From NCBI GenBank assembly GCA_043228905.1, contig JBHGNT010000001.1:13392001-13456000 (forward strand): 64,000 nucleotides of DNA, in the 5' to 3' direction. Position 1 is the stretch's first letter. Every line of letters starts with the position of its first letter. The notes below the pieces were generated by a model, which saw nothing but the letters and a program-made list of their open reading frames with translations, searched no databases and was not told the DNA's origin. The stretch comes from Azolla caroliniana (lineage: Eukaryota > Plantae > Polypodiophyta). Shown in pieces: positions 1-10,954 of the stretch. The position numbers were made by a program, and so were the translations under genes.

Positions 1-56
1 TAGGAACGTCCATTTTTGGTTATATATGGGAGCAATATGGAGGCTTTACCACACCT

Positions 57-140
57 CCGACCTTAGCTCAGTTGGTAGAGTGGAGGACTGTAGTGTTGAT
101 TGATATCCTTAGGTCGTTGGTTTAAATCGGACATGTCGGA
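57..140 (+). pseudogene. trnY-GTA: tRNA-Tyr(GTA), intron-containing, probably pseudogene
   Basis: ccgaccttagctcagttggtagagtggaggactgtag-[tgttgattgat intron 94-104]-atccttaggtcgttggtttaaatcggacatgtcgga matches plant nuclear tRNA-Tyr. The T-loop/B box is mutated (GGTTTAAA). Confidence 0.85.
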
Positions 141-1319
141 AGTCGAAGTTGGTTGCGATTTTAGCTATGCTTTCCTTGCATAAATTCCTTTCACAATGGC
201 AATGTGCAATTTGCATTGCAACATTCATTGGTAAAGGTGTTGTACATGTAGATGTAGTGGTCACTTTTACCTTTATTATGTAAAATGAAATATAAAATTT
301 ATTTTTCCCACAAATACTATACTCCATTGGTATTAAAATTAACAATGCCAAAGTCCATCTACAATTTGTATATAATAATTTCCACTACACAAGTATCTAT
401 CAAAAAAATACCAAATATAAATGATGGCCTTTGGCAAGATAAGGCTAATTATATCCATGAAAACTCTCTCAGCCTTTGCCAACAAGACTCATTGTCAACC
501 TATAACCAAATTCCCGTGGTCCAAGAGAATACATATCTTTACATATCTTGGTGGTAATCCTAGTCAATATACCCTAGTTGTCGACCCTAACCAGTAGTCT
601 AAAAACGAGTCCATGTATGCATTTGACTCCACCTATACTGAAGTTGTTCACCATCACTGGCTATCCACTAGGGTGATGCTATTTGACAAATGTTTATTAC
701 ACAACAGTTGAGGACACCAAAGTAGTCCATGATGCACCTGACGCTTGGGTAAAATGTGATGGGTGGCCTATGTCGCCCCCATGTATCATCTCCCATATCA
801 AAACGACCATGTCCTTCATCTCTACGAAAATTGAAAATGTACTTATAATAATCTCCCTATAAACAAGATGAACTATGTCCTCCTCACCTCACACCATCTG
901 CTTCGATCCCCACACCATCTTCACTCAACCTTAACACTAAACAAAATTATGATTCATTCCGTTCCAATCAACCATCTCGCCGCTTACTACCAAGGTCCTG
1001 TACAAAGAACAACAAAATGAGTCTAGTGTGATTCTCAACCCCTCACGATTTGCTTCAATCCCCCCCACCATCTATCGATTTACCTTTGCACAACACCTCC
1101 AAACTTTGTCACTCCCCGTTTGTCTGAGTATCGTCCCTTTATTAAATCCCAAATCTGACTTTGGTCATGCAATTAATAAATATGCCACATTGCAAGCTCG
1201 ACATCAAGTATTATATGTTAGCTATCAATGGAAACATGTCATTCATGTTGCATTCACACTAGGAACACCCATCCATCATTGGTTCTATATCGAATCAATA
1301 CGAAGTCTATTAGACAGCT

Positions 1320-1410
1320 TTCCCCTTAGCTCAGTTGGGAGAGCGAAGGATTGTAGTTTCAATATTCAATAGTCATCCTGAGGTCATTGGTTCAAATCCG
1401 ACAAGTCACA
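1320..1410 (+). pseudogene. Degenerate tRNA-Tyr copy
   Basis: ccttagctcagttgggagagcgaaggattgtag...atcctgaggtcattggttcaaatccgacaagtc; acceptor stem broken, longer intron. Confidence 0.8.
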
Positions 1411-1444
1411 ACTCTAAGTTGGTTGCGATTTTTACTATACTTTA

Positions 1445-1606
1445 CTTGCATGAATTTCTTCCACAATCGCAATGTGCGCTCTCCATTGCAACATTCATGG
1501 GAAAAGGTGTTGAACATCTAGATCTAGTGATCACTTTCAACCTTATTATGTAAAATGAAATATTATTCATCTAATAGGTAGAATATAATATAATCTACCT
1601 ATCTAT
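1445..1606 (+). mobile_element. LINE 3' end with degenerate (CTAT)n tail, part of the array unit
   Basis: Translates LHEFLPQSQCALSIATFMGKGVEHLDLVITF, versus LHEFLSQPQCALSIATFIGKVLEHRESLLTF in the LINE ORF at 18564-19433. Ends ataatataatctacctatcta like the LINE tail at 19481-19510. Homologous tails occur at ~175-300, ~2033-2160 and ~2465-2588. Confidence 0.85.
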
Positions 1607-1838
1607 TTTTACCGAATACCTCCATTCTCTGTCACTCCTTGTTCGTCTAAACATCGTCCCTATATAAAATCCAACATCTGACTATGTTCACTAATATAAT
1701 ATATCTGCAATGTTGCGTGCTTAACATCAAGCATTAGAAGTTACTCATGAATGGAAACTTGGTATAGATGTTGTGTTGTCTCTAGGAACATCCATTTTTG
1801 CTTCTATATTGGAGCAATATCCAAGCTTTACCACACCT

Positions 1839-1921
1839 ACGATCTTACCTCGGATGGTAGAGCGGAGGACTATAGTGTGATTGTCATCCTTAGGTTGTTG
1901 GTTCAAATCCGATAGGTTGGA
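1839..1921 (+). pseudogene. Degenerate tRNA-Tyr copy (anticodon mutated to ATA)
   Basis: acgatcttacctcggatggtagagcggaggactatag...atccttaggttgttggttcaaatccgataggttgga. Confidence 0.8.
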
Positions 1922-1927
1922 ACTCAA

Positions 1928-1998
1928 AGTCGGTAGAGTGGAGGACTGTAGTATTGATAGTCATCCTTAGGTCATTGGTTCAAATCCGAGAGGTCGGA
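1928..1998 (+). pseudogene. 5'-truncated tRNA-Tyr copy directly behind the previous one
   Basis: agtcggtagagtggaggactgtagtattgatagtcatccttaggtcattggttcaaatccgagaggtcgga. Confidence 0.8.
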
Positions 1999-2346
1999 AC
2001 TCTAAGTTGGTTGCGATTTCAACTATGCTTTCCTTGCATAAATTCCTTTCACAATGGCAATGTGCAGCATTGAAACATTCATTGGTAAAGGTGTTGTACA
2101 TGTAGATGTAGTGGACACTTTTACCTTTATTATGTAAAATGAAATATAAATTTGGTCTTAAACGTTTGTTCTTTTTCACTCCTTGTTCGTTTGAATATCG
2201 TCCCTATATTAAAGCCAACATCTGACTATGGTCACTAATATAATATATTTGCACCATTGTAGGCTTGACATCAAGCATTAGATTTTACCCTAGGAACGTC
2301 CATTTTTGCTTCTATATTGGAGCAATATCCAGGCTTTACCACACCT

Positions 2347-2430
2347 CCGACATTAGCTCAATTGGTAGAGCGGAGGATTGTAGTATTGATTGAAATCCTT
2401 AGGTCATTTGTTCAAATTCGACAGGTCGGA
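2347..2430 (+). pseudogene. Degenerate tRNA-Tyr(GTA) copy
   Basis: ccgacattagctcaattggtagagcggaggattgtag-intron-atccttaggtcatttgttcaaattcgacaggtcgga; T-arm mismatches. Confidence 0.8.
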
Positions 2431-2588
2431 ACTCGAAGTTGGTTGGGATTTCAACTATGCTTTCCTGGCATACATTCCTTTCACAATGGCAATGTGCAAT
2501 GTGCATTGCAACATTCATTGGTAAAGGTGTTGTACATGTTGATGTAGTGGTCACTTTTACCTTTATTATGTAAACTGAAATATAAATT

Positions 2589-2921
2589 TGTTGAGCGGCA
2601 AGCTCAACCAGATCCAGATCGGCTGAATAAGCCTGAGCCGTATCGGCATCTAGAAGGATGAGACGGATCGGTGAGCCGGTGAGCAAGTGAGCTGGTGAGC
2701 TGGGGTGCTGGTTAGCCGGATCCAGCAGTAACCGGAAGCCTGGTAGCAACCTAGACTACTAGGTAGTTAATGTCTCGTAGTTAGTGTTAGACGCTCGTGT
2801 GAGCATTGAAGTACACTATACTTCTGTCAGTCCTCTTAGGACTTGTATAAATAGTGTTGTTGAGCACGTTGTATGCATAGAGAATTTTATAGAGTTGATG
2901 ATAATAGATTTATGTTGTTCT

Positions 2922-2963
<42 letters not shown>

Positions 2964-3051
2964 GCGTATCTTCTGTGTGTTAATCTCTCTCTCTCTCTGT
3001 TGCTATCCGGCTAAGCCGGTTGTCTAACACTTCCGCACCTTTGTTTTTACA
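2589..3051 (+). repeat. 5' LTR of element A
   Basis: TG...CA termini; TATA tataaata ~2847; (CT)n tract; homologous to 31765-32233. Confidence 0.92.
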
Positions 3052-3143
3052 TGGTATCAAAGTGCGAGGGCTGAGAACCTCTACAGCCGACATCAACATC
3101 TGGAGACAAACCCTAAGACTCGGTAAGTATAGAAAGAGAAGTA

Positions 3144-5408
3144 ATGGGCAGAGGAATGGCTAGCTTGCTCCCGGTGGAGATGCTTGACAGATCCAACGAC
3201 GCATCTTGGTCATACAAGATGCACCAGTACCTGCTTGGGCATGGTTACTTGAGCTATGTCGACGGAACTAACGACACAACACCTGATGCGGCACACAAGG
3301 ACTTCCCAGCGTGGGAACAAGCTACAAGCAAAGTGATATACTGCTTTGCGTCCAGTGTCGGAGACCAGCTGTTGAGCCATGTCCGAGATGCCAAGACGCC
3401 AAAAGAACCTTGGGGAAACCTGAAGAAGGTTTTCGCGGCAAGCACTATGGCCTGGAAGCTGCAACTCTGACAGGAGTTGAGCAATGTTCGATAGAAGGAC
3501 ATGTCGGTAGCCGATTACACGGCCCAAATCAAAGAGATTTGTGACTCACTTGCCTCTATCAACGTCATGGTAGAGGAAGATGAGATGGTGCAGATCTGTC
3601 TTGGGGGCCTAGCGTCTAAGTTCAAAGCGTTCCGAACGGCAGTATGTACAAGGGAGAATACATCGACATTTTTCGACTTACAGTCGATGCTCCTTGTAGA
3701 GGAGAACCACGCCGGTGCGTCAACAAGTGCACCCACCAATAGCCGAATGCTGTACACGGAGGCGGATCGGCCCCGTGGGCGTGGTGGACGAGGCGGGTCG
3801 GCTCACAATGGCAGCGGCCGGCAAGAGCAGGACCGAAGGCACAGAGAACGTGCTGATAGCAGTTTCGGACCCTCCACAAGCAAGGGGAGTCAATGCGGTG
3901 CCGGAAGCCGGCAAGCAAAGGCCATCACGAAATGTTGGTATTGTGGTAAAAAGGGCCACAGAGGAAGCGAGTGCTGAAAGAAGCGCGCCGATTCGGACAG
4001 ATCTGGATCCTGCAAGGCCGGCAGAGAGAACCGGCAATACTCACACTACGCAAAAGGATCGGGAGGATCCAAAACCGGAAAAGCCGGTAAAGGGCCAGCC
4101 TTGGTGATCAAACACAAGGCTAACTCGATGAAGAAGACAACTTCCAAATCGGAGGAAGTGTGGTACGTTGATTCCGGTGCGTCGAATCACATGACGAGCC
4201 ACAGGGAGTGGTTCTCCTTCTTGGAGAAACCGGAACAACTGGGAGTCTTCGAAACCGGAGATGACACTCCTCACCCAATTGTGCATGTCGGAGAAGTCCC
4301 TTTGAGCCACGACGGATAGAGGGGGAAGCTGATGAACGTATTACACATAACGACTATCACGAAGAACCTAGTGTCAGTAGGTCAGATCGTTGACGAAGGG
4401 ATGTAGGTGCAGTTTATGCACCTTGGGTGCTTCATCGAGGAAGAAGGCCAGATTATTGCGCAAGGGCGCAAAGATGGGAGGATGTTCATCCTCGACACCA
4501 ATAACGTCGGCACCGCTTTGTTCGCCAAAGGACAGAAAATTGAATCGGATATTGATCTTTGGCACAAGCGGATCGTCCACGTCAATTACCAGAGGCTTCA
4601 AGACCTGCAAATGAAACAAGTTGTTTTCGGTTTGCCGAAGTTCAGTGGCCGGAAGGTCCAAATATGTGAAGCTTGCCAACTCGGGAAGCCACACCGGCTT
4701 CCATTCCCCACCGAACGAAACCGGAGCCGTAACAAGCTCGACCTTATTCATCGGATGTATGGGGACCGGCATAGAACGTTAGTCTTGGCAAGAGTTGATA
4801 TTTCATCTCCTTCATCGACAACTACAGCCGACACACGTGGATCTACCTCATCGAGAGGAAGAGAGAAGTCTTCGAGTGTTTCCCGAACCTGCAAAGCCTG
4901 GTTGAACAGGAAACGAAGAGGAAGATCAAGTGCCTGCGGTCGGATGGCGGGAAAGAATACTTTTCCGGCCAATTCAATAGTTATCTGCAGCAAAAAGGAA
5001 TTCGGAGAGAGTTCAGTTGCAGATACACACCGGAGCAAAACGGTGTGGCCGAGCGGAAGAACTGGTCGATTATCGACGCGGCAAGGGTGATGCTGGAGGA
5101 GAAGAGCATGCCCAAATTCTACTGGGTTGAGGCGGTCCAGACAACCGTCTATATCCAAAACCGGATCGGTGACAAGGTGTTGGCGCATGAGGTATATTTC
5201 GGGCGCAAGCCGAATTTGAGACACCTTCGGATATTCGGTAGCATTGCATATGTGCATGTGCCGGATGAGAAGTAGAGGAAGTTGGATGCAAAGTCGGAAA
5301 AATGCATCCTCGTCAGTTACTCGCATGAGCAAAAGGGGTATAAGTGTTATAACCCCCGGACGAAGCAGTTCCGAGTTAGCCGGGATGTTGAGTTTGATGA
5401 GACGGATC
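3144..5408 (+). pseudogene. Element A gag-protease-integrase (stops and frameshifts)
   Basis: Gag with CWYCGKKGH zinc knuckle; protease WYVDSGASNHM; LWHKRI..CEAC zinc finger; integrase core (EQNGVAERKN-like); ends at SRDVEFDE. Confidence 0.9.
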
Positions 5409-6149
5409 TAACGGGAACTGAAACACTCCCTATACGCAACGCTCGGCCACAACCGAGCTTAGAATCATACACAAAAAACGGGAAATAAAGAACGACACAA
5501 TGGAAGAGAAGAGTACGCAGGATGTTTACGTGGAAAACCCCACACTAGGGGAAAAACCACAGTAGCCCACAGGCTGCAAACTATCACTAGGTTAGTATGT
5601 ACAACAGTGAGTTCACGGAGGCAACAACCTCGTGCTCACGATCTTCGCCACAGGCGGCGGTTACAATAAAGGCAACAACCTCTTTCTCTCTTGACGGGAA
5701 CCCAACGTTCCTTATGCGTAACGCTCGGCCACAACCGAGATTCTTTTCATACACAGAAAACGGGAAGTAGAACACGACACAAAGAAGAGAAATGGTACAC
5801 AGGAGGTTAACGTGGAAAACCCCAAACTAGGGGAAAAACCACGGCAGCCCACAGGCTGCAAACTGTCACTATGTATGAATGTACAAAACAGTGAGTACAC
5901 GGAGGCAACGACCTCGGACTCACGATCTTCGCCACAGGCGGCGGTTACAACAAAGGCAACGACCTCGTCTCTCTCTCTCTCCCTGTACAGTTACGCACTC
6001 TCTCTTTTTCTTGCACCAACAAGAAAAATGACAACAACAACAGATACTAAAAGTTTGCCCTAAGTCATATTTATACTAATATGACTTTTCGGCTATTTAC
6101 AAATGTAGCCTCGATGGGCTCTCAGAAACATATTTACGAATATGTCTCT

Positions 6150-6398
6150 TCCTCCGGTTCATACCGGGCCTGCACCATCCGGCTCTCCGTAGCCGGGTAC
6201 TCCTCATTCGGTTCATACCGGGCCTCCACCATCCGGCTCTCCGTAGCTGGGTCCTCCTCATCCGGTTCATACCGAGCCTGCACCATACGGCTCTCCGTAG
6301 CCGGGTCCTCCTCATCCGGTTCATACCGGGCCTGCACCATCCGGCTCTCCGTAGCCGGGTCCTCCTCATCCGGTTCATACCGGGCCTGCACCATCCGG
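6150..6398 (-). repeat. 54-bp tandem repeat in U3 of B-family LTRs
   Basis: Unit tcctcctcatccggttcataccgggcctgcaccatccggctctccgtagccggg, ~4.5 copies; also at ~10678-10895 and ~19678-19953. Confidence 0.9.
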
Positions 6399-6427
6399 AG
6401 GGACCTGTTTCCCAACAAACTCCCCCT

Positions 6428-9400
6428 TCACTCCGGCATGGGGTGTCTTACTAGTCCGATCCTCTTTCGGCATGCGTCCAGCTTGTCGGGTGTCAGCACT
6501 TTGGTCAGCATATCTGACCCGTTCTCGGTTGTGTGGATCTTCGTTAGTGCGAACTCCTGGTCATCTACTCTTTCCCGGATCCAGTGATACCTCTGCTGGA
6601 TATGCTTCGTCCGGGAATGGTAGGCCGCATTCTTAGCAAGGTGGATGGCACTTTGACTGTCGCAGTAGAGCCGGTATTCCTCTTGCCGGATACCGAGCTC
6701 TTCGATGAAGTCCTTCATCCATAATATTTCCTTGCCGGCTTCCACAACCGCCATGTACTCCGCCTCCGTGGTTGACAATGCAACCGTCTTCTGCAGCCTC
6801 GACTGCCACGAAACAGCTCCCCTTGCATATGTCATTACATACCCGGATGTAGACCGGCTGGTATCCACATCAGCCGACATGTCCGAATCGGTGAAACCGT
6901 CCAGTTGAGGTTTTCCGGAGCCGAATCGGAGACACATATTTGAAGTGCCCTTCAAATACCGGAGTATCCATTTGACCGCGTTCCAGTGCTCCTTGCCGGG
7001 ATTACTCATGAACAGGCTCACCACTCCGACTGCGTATCCAATGTCCGGTCGGGTACAAACCATTCCGTACATCAAGCTTCCGACGGCAGAGGCATATGGA
7101 ATCTTTATCATATCCGCATTCTCTGCTTTCGTCTTCGGGCTTTGCTTGCCGGATAGCCTGCAGTTTGCCGGAAGTGTCAATCCGACCGGTTTCGCTTCTG
7201 ACATGTTGAACCGATGAAGCGCCTTTGTCACATACTTCTCCTGTGACAGCCATAATTGCTTCACTGACCGGTCCCGAATGATGTGCATCCCCAGCATCTG
7301 TCTTGCCGGACCCAAGTCTTTCATTGAGAAGGTCCGGTTGAGAGCCTTCTTCAGCATCCGTATTTTGACTTGGTCCCGTCCGACGATCAACATGTCATCC
7401 ACGTACAGAAGGAGTATCAGGAAGTCTCCTCCTTCGATCTTCTTCACAAACACGCAGTGATCGGCTTGCGTCTTGTGGTACCCTTGATCGGTTTGGAAGG
7501 AGTCGAACTTCCGGTACCATTGCCGGGGGGCCTGCTTTAACCCGTAGAGGCTCTTCTTCAGCTGGCAAACCAGGTGCTCCTTCCCTTTCTCCACGAATAC
7601 TTCCGGTTACTGCATGTAGATCTCGTCTTCGAGGTCACCGTGAAGGAATGTCGTCTTCACGTCTAGCTGCTCTACCTCGAGGTCCATGCTTGCCGCTATA
7701 CTCAGCACCGTCCGGATGGAGGTCATCTTTACTACCGGAGAAAATATCTCGTCGAAGTCCACGCCCTTCTTCTACTGGAACCCCTTCACCACGATCCTGG
7801 CTTTGTATCTCGGGGGGTTGCCGGCATCTCCCGGTTTCAACTTGTACACCCACTTGTTTCGGAGTGCCCGCTTTCCTTTCGACAACTCCACCAATTCGTA
7901 CGTATGGTTCTCATGTAGGGAATCCATCTCATCCTGCATGGCACTTAACCATTTTCGGCTGTGAGTGTCTTCCTTCGCTTCTTCGAAGCTTTCCGGCTCC
8001 CCCTCATCGGTCAGCAAAACATGCTCTGCATCCGGAAATCTCTAGGGGGCCCTTCTCTCTCTGAGAGGATATCTCCGTCTCTGGGCTTCGGTGACCGGCT
8101 CATCCATCTGCTCTTCATCCGAATCCGATTCGGGGTCTTGGCCGGTTCCGGTTTCAGCTTCCACTACTTCTTCTTCAGCCTGTTCGGTATCCTCACCGTA
8201 ACCGGCTGGTCCCTCGAGTGCTAACCGGTCTCTTGCCGGTTGGGTCTGCTCATCGTAGAGTCGATCCTTACCGGTATCGATCCTTAACGGTCGACTCGGA
8301 GTTCATTATCTTCTTCTCCGACTCCAAGTCGGCGAGTGTCTTGTCCTCCATGAAGATAATATCTCGACTCCGGAATACCTTCTTGTCGACCAGGTCCCAC
8401 ACTCGGTAACCGAACTCATCATCACCGTAACCGAGGAATATGCATGGCCGGGTCTTTGGATCTAACTTTCCTCTCCGGTCCTTAGCTACATGCACGTACG
8501 CGAGACACCTGAACACCCTCAGATGCCGGTAGGACACTTCCTTACCGGTCCAGACTCTCTGTGGCGTGTCTCCGTCCAAGGGTACTGAGGGTGATCTGTT
8601 TATCACATATGTCGCCGTCGACAGTGCCTCAGCCCAAAACTTCTTGGGTAGTTTTGCATGCGCTAGCATGCTCCGGACCCTCTCCATTATGGTCCGGTTC
8701 ATCCTCTCGGCCAGTCCGTTTAGTTCCGACGTCTTCGGCACGGTAAATTTGAGCCGGATTCCCTTCGAGCGGCAGTACTCCTCGAACTGCCCCCGGTATT
8801 CTCCTCCGTTGTCTGCTCGAATCGCCTTCAGCTTCCGGCCGGTTTCTCTTTCCACTCTCGCGTGGAGCTTTTTGAAGACGGATAACACCTAATCCTTCGT
8901 CTTCAGCGGTGTGGCCCACAGCTTCCGGCTGTGGTCATATATGAACGTCACGAAGTACTGCGCTCCGGCATGTGACTTCGTGTCTACCTAACACACATCC
9001 GTATGCACCAACTCCAGTGATGCATTACGTCTCATCGGTGGCCTTGGTCGGAAGGAGGTCCGGTTCTGCTTGCCGGCCAGACATTCAATGCACTTCTCTA
9101 AGTGCACGTTCTTCACTGGAATGAGGTTGTCATTTGCAAGCCTCTTCATCCCCTTCTCGCTCATATGACACAGCCTCTTGTGCCACAGCTCACCGGCAGT
9201 GTCGGATGCCACGTTCACTTCTTTCGGACATAACCGGGCATTCATCAGGTACAGCGTGTTGACCTTCCGGGCCGAGCCACAATCAGGCTCCCTTTGCTGA
9301 ACTTCATGACACCGTTCCGGATGCTACCCGTGTAGCCTTCATCATCTAGCCGACCGGCTGATATCAGGTTCAGGCGAACTTCCGGAACGTGTCGGACATC

Positions 9401-10209
9401 CTTCAGCAGCAACTTGCATCCGGTTGGTGTTGTCAGCCACACGTCTCCCATGCCGACAATTCGGCATGTTCCTTCATTCCCCATCCGGACACAGCCGTGA
9501 TCACCGGCTGAATAGGATGAGAAGCATTTCCGGTCCGGGGTAAGATGGAACGATGCTCCAGAGTCTACCACCCAGGTCATCTCGTCGCCGGCAAGGTTTA
9601 TTTCACTCTCTTCGGTGATGAGCATCAACTCGTATCTTTATCTTTCCGACGCGCCTCCTCATCTAGCAAGCTTGACTTTACTCTTGCTAGGGATAACCGT
9701 TTTCCTTCCAACCCGGCGTTGCCCAAAGTGACAACCAACGTCTCCCAGCTATCCGGGAGGGAACCGAGCAGGAGTAGCGCTAATACTTCATCGGCAAGAG
9801 GAACTTCCAACGACGTTGCCTGGTGTATCAGCCCCTGGAAGGCATTCATATGCTCCGCCATGCTGGAGCCATCTTGGTACCGGAGTCTTACTAGCTTCCG
9901 GAATACCGAAACCTGATTAACAACATTTTTGTTTTGGAACATTATGCCGATCTTCTCCCAGAGCTCATGAGCCTTGCTTTCTTCATTGAAGTTGTTGTAC
10001 AGGCTCATGTCGATGAAGCACCGTATGTACGCCGTTGTCTTCATGTCCATCACCTCCCATATCGCGGTGTCGATTTTGTCCGGTCTCTTGTCCCCGATCT
10101 GAACCGGCAGCCAGAGGTCTTTAACAACGAGCATGTCCCTCATCTTCGACTTCCATACTGAATAGTTGGAGCCGGTGAGCTTGAACATGCCGCCAAATGA
10201 TTTGTCCAT
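6428..10209 (-). pseudogene. Element B2 gag-pol (disrupted)
   Basis: Gag 9625-10209; protease WVVDSGASFH; LWHKRLCH; integrase 8268-8888; RT LLLYVDDML; RNase H to 6428. Several stops and frameshifts, and a 280-bp gag deletion relative to B1. Confidence 0.9.
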
Positions 10210-10954
10210 TTTCTGTGTCGATTTCGCTCTGATACCACTTGACGGGAACCCAACGCTCGGCCACAACCGAGATTCTTTTCATACACAGAAAACGGGAAGT
10301 AGAACACGACACAAAGAAGAGAAATGGTACACAGGAGGTTAACGTGGAAAACCCCAAACTAGGGGAAAAACCACGGCAGCCCACGGGCTGCAAACTGTCA
10401 CTATGTATGAATGTACAAAACAGTGAGTACACGGAGGCAACGACCTCGGACTCACGATCTTCGCCACAGGCGGCGATTACAACAGAGGCAACGACCTTGT
10501 CTCTCTCTCCCTGTACAGTTACGCACTCTCTCTTTTTCTTGCACCAACAAGAAAAATGACAACAACAACAGATACTAAAAGTTTGCCCTAAGTCATATTT
10601 ATACTAATATGACTTTTCGGCTATTTACAAATGTAGCCTCGATGGGCTCTTAGAAACATATTTACAAATATGTTTCTTCCTCCGGTTCACATCGGGTCTG
10701 CACCATCCGGCTCTCCGTAGCCGGGTACTCCTCATCCGGTTCATACCAGGTCTGCACCATCTAGCTCTCCGTAGCCGGGTACTCCTCATCCGGTTCATAC
10801 CGGGTCTGCACCATTTGGCTCTCCGTAGCCGGGTACTCCTCATTCGGTTCATACCGGGTTTGCACCATCCGGCTCTCCGTAGCCGGGTCCTCCTCATACG
10901 GTTTCGGCCGAGGCCGATAAGCACTGTTCTTCTCCCTTCCCATCCGAAGGGACC

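Larger units (their letters stand above)
1..2588 (+). repeat. Degenerate tandem array; unit ~500-550 bp = spacer + tRNA-Tyr + LINE-like 3' end
   Basis: The spacer end (taggaacgtccattttt...ctttaccacacct), tRNA and trailer (actcgaagttggttgcgattt...caatgtgc...gcaacattcattggtaaaggtg...) recur around 57, 1320, 1839/1928 and 2347. The stretch ~300-1070 does not match the unit. Confidence 0.9.
5692..10954 (-). mobile_element. Element B2: sister copia of B1, inserted in the 3' LTR of B1
   Basis: 3' LTR 5692-6417; PPT aactccccct 6418-6427; PBS 10226-10237; 5' LTR 10240-10954, cut by gypsy C. Confidence 0.88.

Noticed and set aside
300-1070. Possible gene or TE fragment between array units (ORF 285-557)
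   Set aside because: No recognisable motif or termini; left unassigned.
57-2430. Functional tRNA-Tyr gene cluster
   Set aside because: Every copy has T-arm, acceptor-stem or anticodon lesions, so they are called pseudogenes pending tRNAscan-SE.
6150-6398. CRISPR-like array
   Set aside because: Units are contiguous with no unique spacers, lie inside LTRs of a eukaryotic genome, and no cas genes are present.
6081-6587. Repetitive ORFs (SSSGSYRACTIRLSVAG / YEPDEEDPATESRMVQAR; also 19612-20091 and 23138-23381)
   Set aside because: They are translations of 54- and 27-bp LTR tandem repeats, open in several frames on both strands; no coding evidence.
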